A stretch of 64,000 nucleotides of DNA from a virus. The translations under genes and the position numbers were made by a program. Below the pieces are notes generated by a model. The model saw only the letters and a list, made by a program, of their open reading frames with translations. It ran no database searches and was not told the DNA's origin. Position 1 is the first letter of the stretch. Every line of letters begins with the position of its first letter. Where the stretch lies: the IMG/VR virus record IMGVR_UViG_3300045988_054045; one strand, given 5' to 3'. Below, one piece after another: positions 61,238 to 64,000 of the stretch.

Positions 61238-64000
61238 TTATGTATGAAAATCCATAACCAACCCATCTCTTACTGTAAGATAAACGTGCCCTCTACCAGA
61301 CACCTTATATGTACCAGAACGGGGAATATTTAGCTTAGGTGTACCATTCGCCTCATAACCTTCCACAAACCCAAATCCTTCAGCATACGTTCTTTTGGTA
61401 CTAAGGGAGAATCCATCGAACCACGCTGCCCATACTTCACCCTTACCTGGATATCTAGCAGTCTTTTCTGAATTTACTGATGTAAATATTCCTGCACCCA
61501 TCATGGTAAACACCATAATAGGCATAGCCCATACTCCAGTCTGTATTTTGATGCAGGTTTCCCAGTCACTTCCAATCCAACTATAATTAACAGATGCCCA
61601 TCCAAGCTCTATCTTCTTGTCCGTACCACCTCCATAGTCAAATGTCTCCCACTCCAATCTGTTACTTCCATCCTTATTAAGCTTGAACCCACCAATCTGA
61701 CCATCATAAGCTGTAATATTCCAGCACTGAATATCAGTTGCCCTAACCTTCTTAAAATCACAATCTTGTGCCCATATATTCCCATATTTACTAACTGTAA
61801 AGAATGGCTGAAACTTGCCATCGACCTCATGACCTACACTCAACCCCCTCGACTGAATCCAACCATTAACATCTAATAAAGCATCTTGGAATTGTCCCTT
61901 ATCATTAAACAATCCGCTCAGTTTCATAGCTGGATTGCCTGCAATACTAAACACAAACTGGTCTGCATTCATATAGATTTCAGTCTTATTTCTATATGTA
62001 GGATTACCATTCTCATCCAAGATAGGTTCTCCCTCCAGATTTAGAGCTGGAACTTGGTCGATAGTTCCATCTGCGTTTACAACATCTCTAATTTCTAAAC
62101 CAGCATTTCTAAACTTAAGTAACACACTCTCTTCTGAGAAATCAATAACTGAAGTACCATTATTAAGGTAGAACTCTCCAGTTAAGAATACATTCTCACC
62201 ATACAGACCATATCCGTAAGGTTGCTTAGTTCCAAAGATTTCGTTACGTATTCCAGATAAGTTACCAAGTCTTACTCTAGTAATCTTAGTATATGTACAC
62301 TTATACTCTTTATCCCTAAATACTATCGCAGAATCTTTAGTAGGAACTTCAGTTAGGAAGTAACCATATTCAGCTGGGTTATTAAGAATATCTTGTGTGA
62401 TTTGGGTATTTTCTCCATCATTTATAAGTACTGTATCCTTACCCTTAGTCTGTAAGAAGATTAATGGGTGCTTCTTATCAATATCGCCTCCGAAATTATC
62501 GGGATTTACACTACCTGGATTCACTGTTTGATAATAGAAATCACTGGCACTTTCTCTAACATATATATCACCTTTCTTCTTAATATTGGCTTTCTTAGTA
62601 GCCCATGTAGGTGTAATGTATAACGCAGAATAGTCAGGTCTATTAAGTCCCGATAATACATCTATATAAGGACCACAATCATCAGTAGAGGTAATATAAA
62701 CAGCATTCTGCCTTTCAATATTATAGATATTACCCATCTGAACCATATCATCATCCTTAGCTATATCGTCGAGTCTATCCTCTTTTGCAGTAGCATTACC
62801 ATCGGCTGTACCATTATCAGTTGTTCTTGCAGGTTCATACTCATTAGTATTCGAGTTGTATAATGTTTCAGTCTTATTATACTGAGTGTCATTATAACTC
62901 TGCTCAAAGTCAGTAAGCTTACCTTCATCATCATAGTGATACTCTGTATAAACATCAAATACTGATAAAGCCTTTTGCATTATATAAGTATAAGAATCCA
63001 CCTGAGAGGTAACTATAGCATCGTAGTATTTAATGTTTCCATTATTATACTTCTGACATCTAATTATATCTCCTGGCTTAAAATAAGGATAGTCTTCATT
63101 CTTACATTCTACTATCCATATATTAGATACTGAGGGTAGCTTAGAACTTGACCCTTCAAGTCCAAAGTACTTATAATAGGGATAGACACAGTATAAGTTA
63201 GAACCATCACTAGATGTCTTTCCATCCTTTTTATAGTTCACCTCTCTACTCTTAGGAACCATAAAAAACTTAGTTCTTTTATTAAAGGTGTCTATGTTTG
63301 CCCACTTTTTAGGAACTGTTCCTGCAAGAGGTCCTTCTCCCTCTGTATCCCATTCAGTTACTTCTCTTGACTTAGTAATAAATATTACTTTGATGTTGCC
63401 TTTATAAGTATTAAATTCCTTCTCAGTTATTCCAGAGCCTGGATTGCTAGCACTGTATTCTTCCCATGATTTGTCTAAAACATTCAAATCATATAAGCTA
63501 CTTGTGCCTTTAAATAGAGGACTATTTATTACTACGGTAATGTCTTTTATATAGATTATAAAGTTATAGTCCACGAAAGATTTAGCAGTATAACTACCAC
63601 TAGCATTAGCTAATTCCGTAGTGAAGGTTTCAGTTACAGTATAATTACTCTTTAAATCATTAAATAAGAAATAATTATTAGATGGCATTAATTTCTCAAG
63701 ATTACTTTTGGCATCCTCAGTTCCCCATGTACCAATCCCAGATAAATCATTCTGAGTTATAATTTTAGGCTGATATGCAGCTGTACACTTACTTGAGTTG
63801 CTAACCCAAAGGCTACCATTAGTTGCACTAATCTTATTAATAACCATCTCATATACTCTCATAGCCTTACGAACTACAAGATAATCCACAGTTAATGTAT
63901 TAGTATCAGCGTCCAATCTCCATCCATAACCACCAAATCCTGATGCAAATTCTGGAGAAGTAAGACTTCCGCTTGTTACTAAATCACCATACATACGAAC
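61238..64000 (-). CDS. Tail fibre or receptor-binding protein; N-terminus possibly beyond the window edge
   Basis: The frame stays open to nt 64000. SPEFASGFGGYGWRLDADTNTLTVDYLVVRKAMRVYEMVINKISATNGSLWVS matches the widespread fibre motif (F.SG..GW.i...G.ae...l.VRG). The remainder is beta-rich and Asn/Tyr/Gly-rich. Confidence 0.6.
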   Translation of the reverse strand, partial: VRMYGDLVTSGSLTSPEFASGFGGYGWRLDADTNTLTVDYLVVRKAMRVYEMVINKISATNGSLWVSNSSKCTAAYQPKIITQNDLSGIGTWGTEDAKSNLEKLMPSNNYFLFNDLKSNYTVTETFTTELANASGSYTAKSFVDYNFIIYIKDITVVINSPLFKGTSSLYDLNVLDKSWEEYSASNPGSGITEKEFNTYKGNIKVIFITKSREVTEWDTEGEGPLAGTVPKKWANIDTFNKRTKFFMVPKSREVNYKKDGKTSSDGSNLYCVYPYYKYFGLEGSSSKLPSVSNIWIVECKNEDYPYFKPGDIIRCQKYNNGNIKYYDAIVTSQVDSYTYIMQKALSVFDVYTEYHYDDEGKLTDFEQSYNDTQYNKTETLYNSNTNEYEPARTTDNGTADGNATAKEDRLDDIAKDDDMVQMGNIYNIERQNAVYITSTDDCGPYIDVLSGLNRPDYSALYITPTWATKKANIKKKGDIYVRESASDFYYQTVNPGSVNPDNFGGDIDKKHPLIFLQTKGKDTVLINDGENTQITQDILNNPAEYGYFLTEVPTKDSAIVFRDKEYKCTYTKITRVRLGNLSGIRNEIFGTKQPYGYGLYGENVFLTGEFYLNNGTSVIDFSEESVLLKFRNAGLEIRDVVNADGTIDQVPALNLEGEPILDENGNPTYRNKTEIYMNADQFVFSIAGNPAMKLSGLFNDKGQFQDALLDVNGWIQSRGLSVGHEVDGKFQPFFTVSKYGNIWAQDCDFKKVRATDIQCWNITAYDGQIGGFKLNKDGSNRLEWETFDYGGGTDKKIELGWASVNYSWIGSDWETCIKIQTGVWAMPIMVFTMMGAGIFTSVNSEKTARYPGKGEVWAAWFDGFSLSTKRTYAEGFGFVEGYEANGTPKLNIPRSGTYKVSGRGHVYLTVRDGLVMDFHT

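Noticed and set aside
61238-61700. Diversity-generating retroelement variable region at the C-terminus of the tail fibre
   Set aside because: No reverse transcriptase gene and no second near-identical template repeat were noticed in the window. The C-terminal sequence is not enriched in AAY-type codons. A DGR outside the window cannot be excluded.
1-64000. Stop-codon reassignment (TAG or TGA recoding), which is known in some crAss-like lineages
   Set aside because: With the standard code the window is already about 97 percent coding, with ORFs up to 9.3 kb and clean start-stop overlaps. No gene appears fragmented by in-frame stops.
1-64000. tRNA genes, CRISPR arrays, integrase or lysogeny genes, transposases, introns or homing endonucleases
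   Set aside because: The few intergenic gaps are at most about 150 nt and are explained by promoters and terminators. No recombinase, HNH/LAGLIDADG or reverse-transcriptase motifs were seen in any listed ORF.

Overview
The window is an AT-rich, tightly packed, almost entirely coding dsDNA phage segment. No rRNA, tRNA, CRISPR array, integrase or transposase was recognised. The evidence points to a crAss-like (Crassvirales-type) podophage of a Bacteroidota host. That evidence is a roughly 30-kb run of giant ORFs that includes a 3097-aa protein carrying an RxPxxxxxS...DxDxD catalytic signature typical of crAss-type virion RNA polymerases, a convergent capsid and tail module, and two intergenic sites matching the Bacteroides TTTG/TAnnTTTG promoter consensus.

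There are three modules.
1. Nt 1-12003 (+) is an overlapping-gene operon of nucleotide and cofactor enzymes. It encodes CYTH, ThyX, UDG, an ABC-type ATPase, two metallophosphoesterases, an S24-like peptidase, a complete Preiss-Handler NAD+ salvage set (PncA, PncB, NadE, NadD), an NDT-like protein, Nudix, a SLOG/DUF2493-like protein, an HAD phosphatase and YqeY.
2. Nt 12081-42798 (+) starts with a host-type promoter and a monocistronic GC-rich low-complexity gene. Giant ORFs of 1572, 612, 2690, 3097, 361 and 1566 aa follow, then a dNMP kinase. These ORFs carry an SF1 helicase core, the RNAP DxDxD site, an HExxH site and a RecB-type PD-(D/E)xK nuclease.
3. Nt 42853-64000 (-) is the virion module. 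It encodes a DUF192 protein, a Gly-zipper cargo-like protein, two very large tail proteins, several small structural proteins, a putative major capsid protein, an acidic scaffold-like protein, an Amidase_3 endolysin and a tail fibre truncated by the window edge.

The most interesting observations are:
- the phage-borne four-enzyme nicotinamide-to-NAD+ route, a candidate counter to NAD+-depleting immunity;
- the enzymatic domains embedded in the presumed virion-cargo giants;
- a recurrent K-[FYL]-[QN]-x-G-G motif at the N-termini of four proteins on both strands and at two internal junctions of the 1572-aa protein, a candidate maturation or packaging signal.

All functional calls rest on motifs read by eye. 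No database search was possible.
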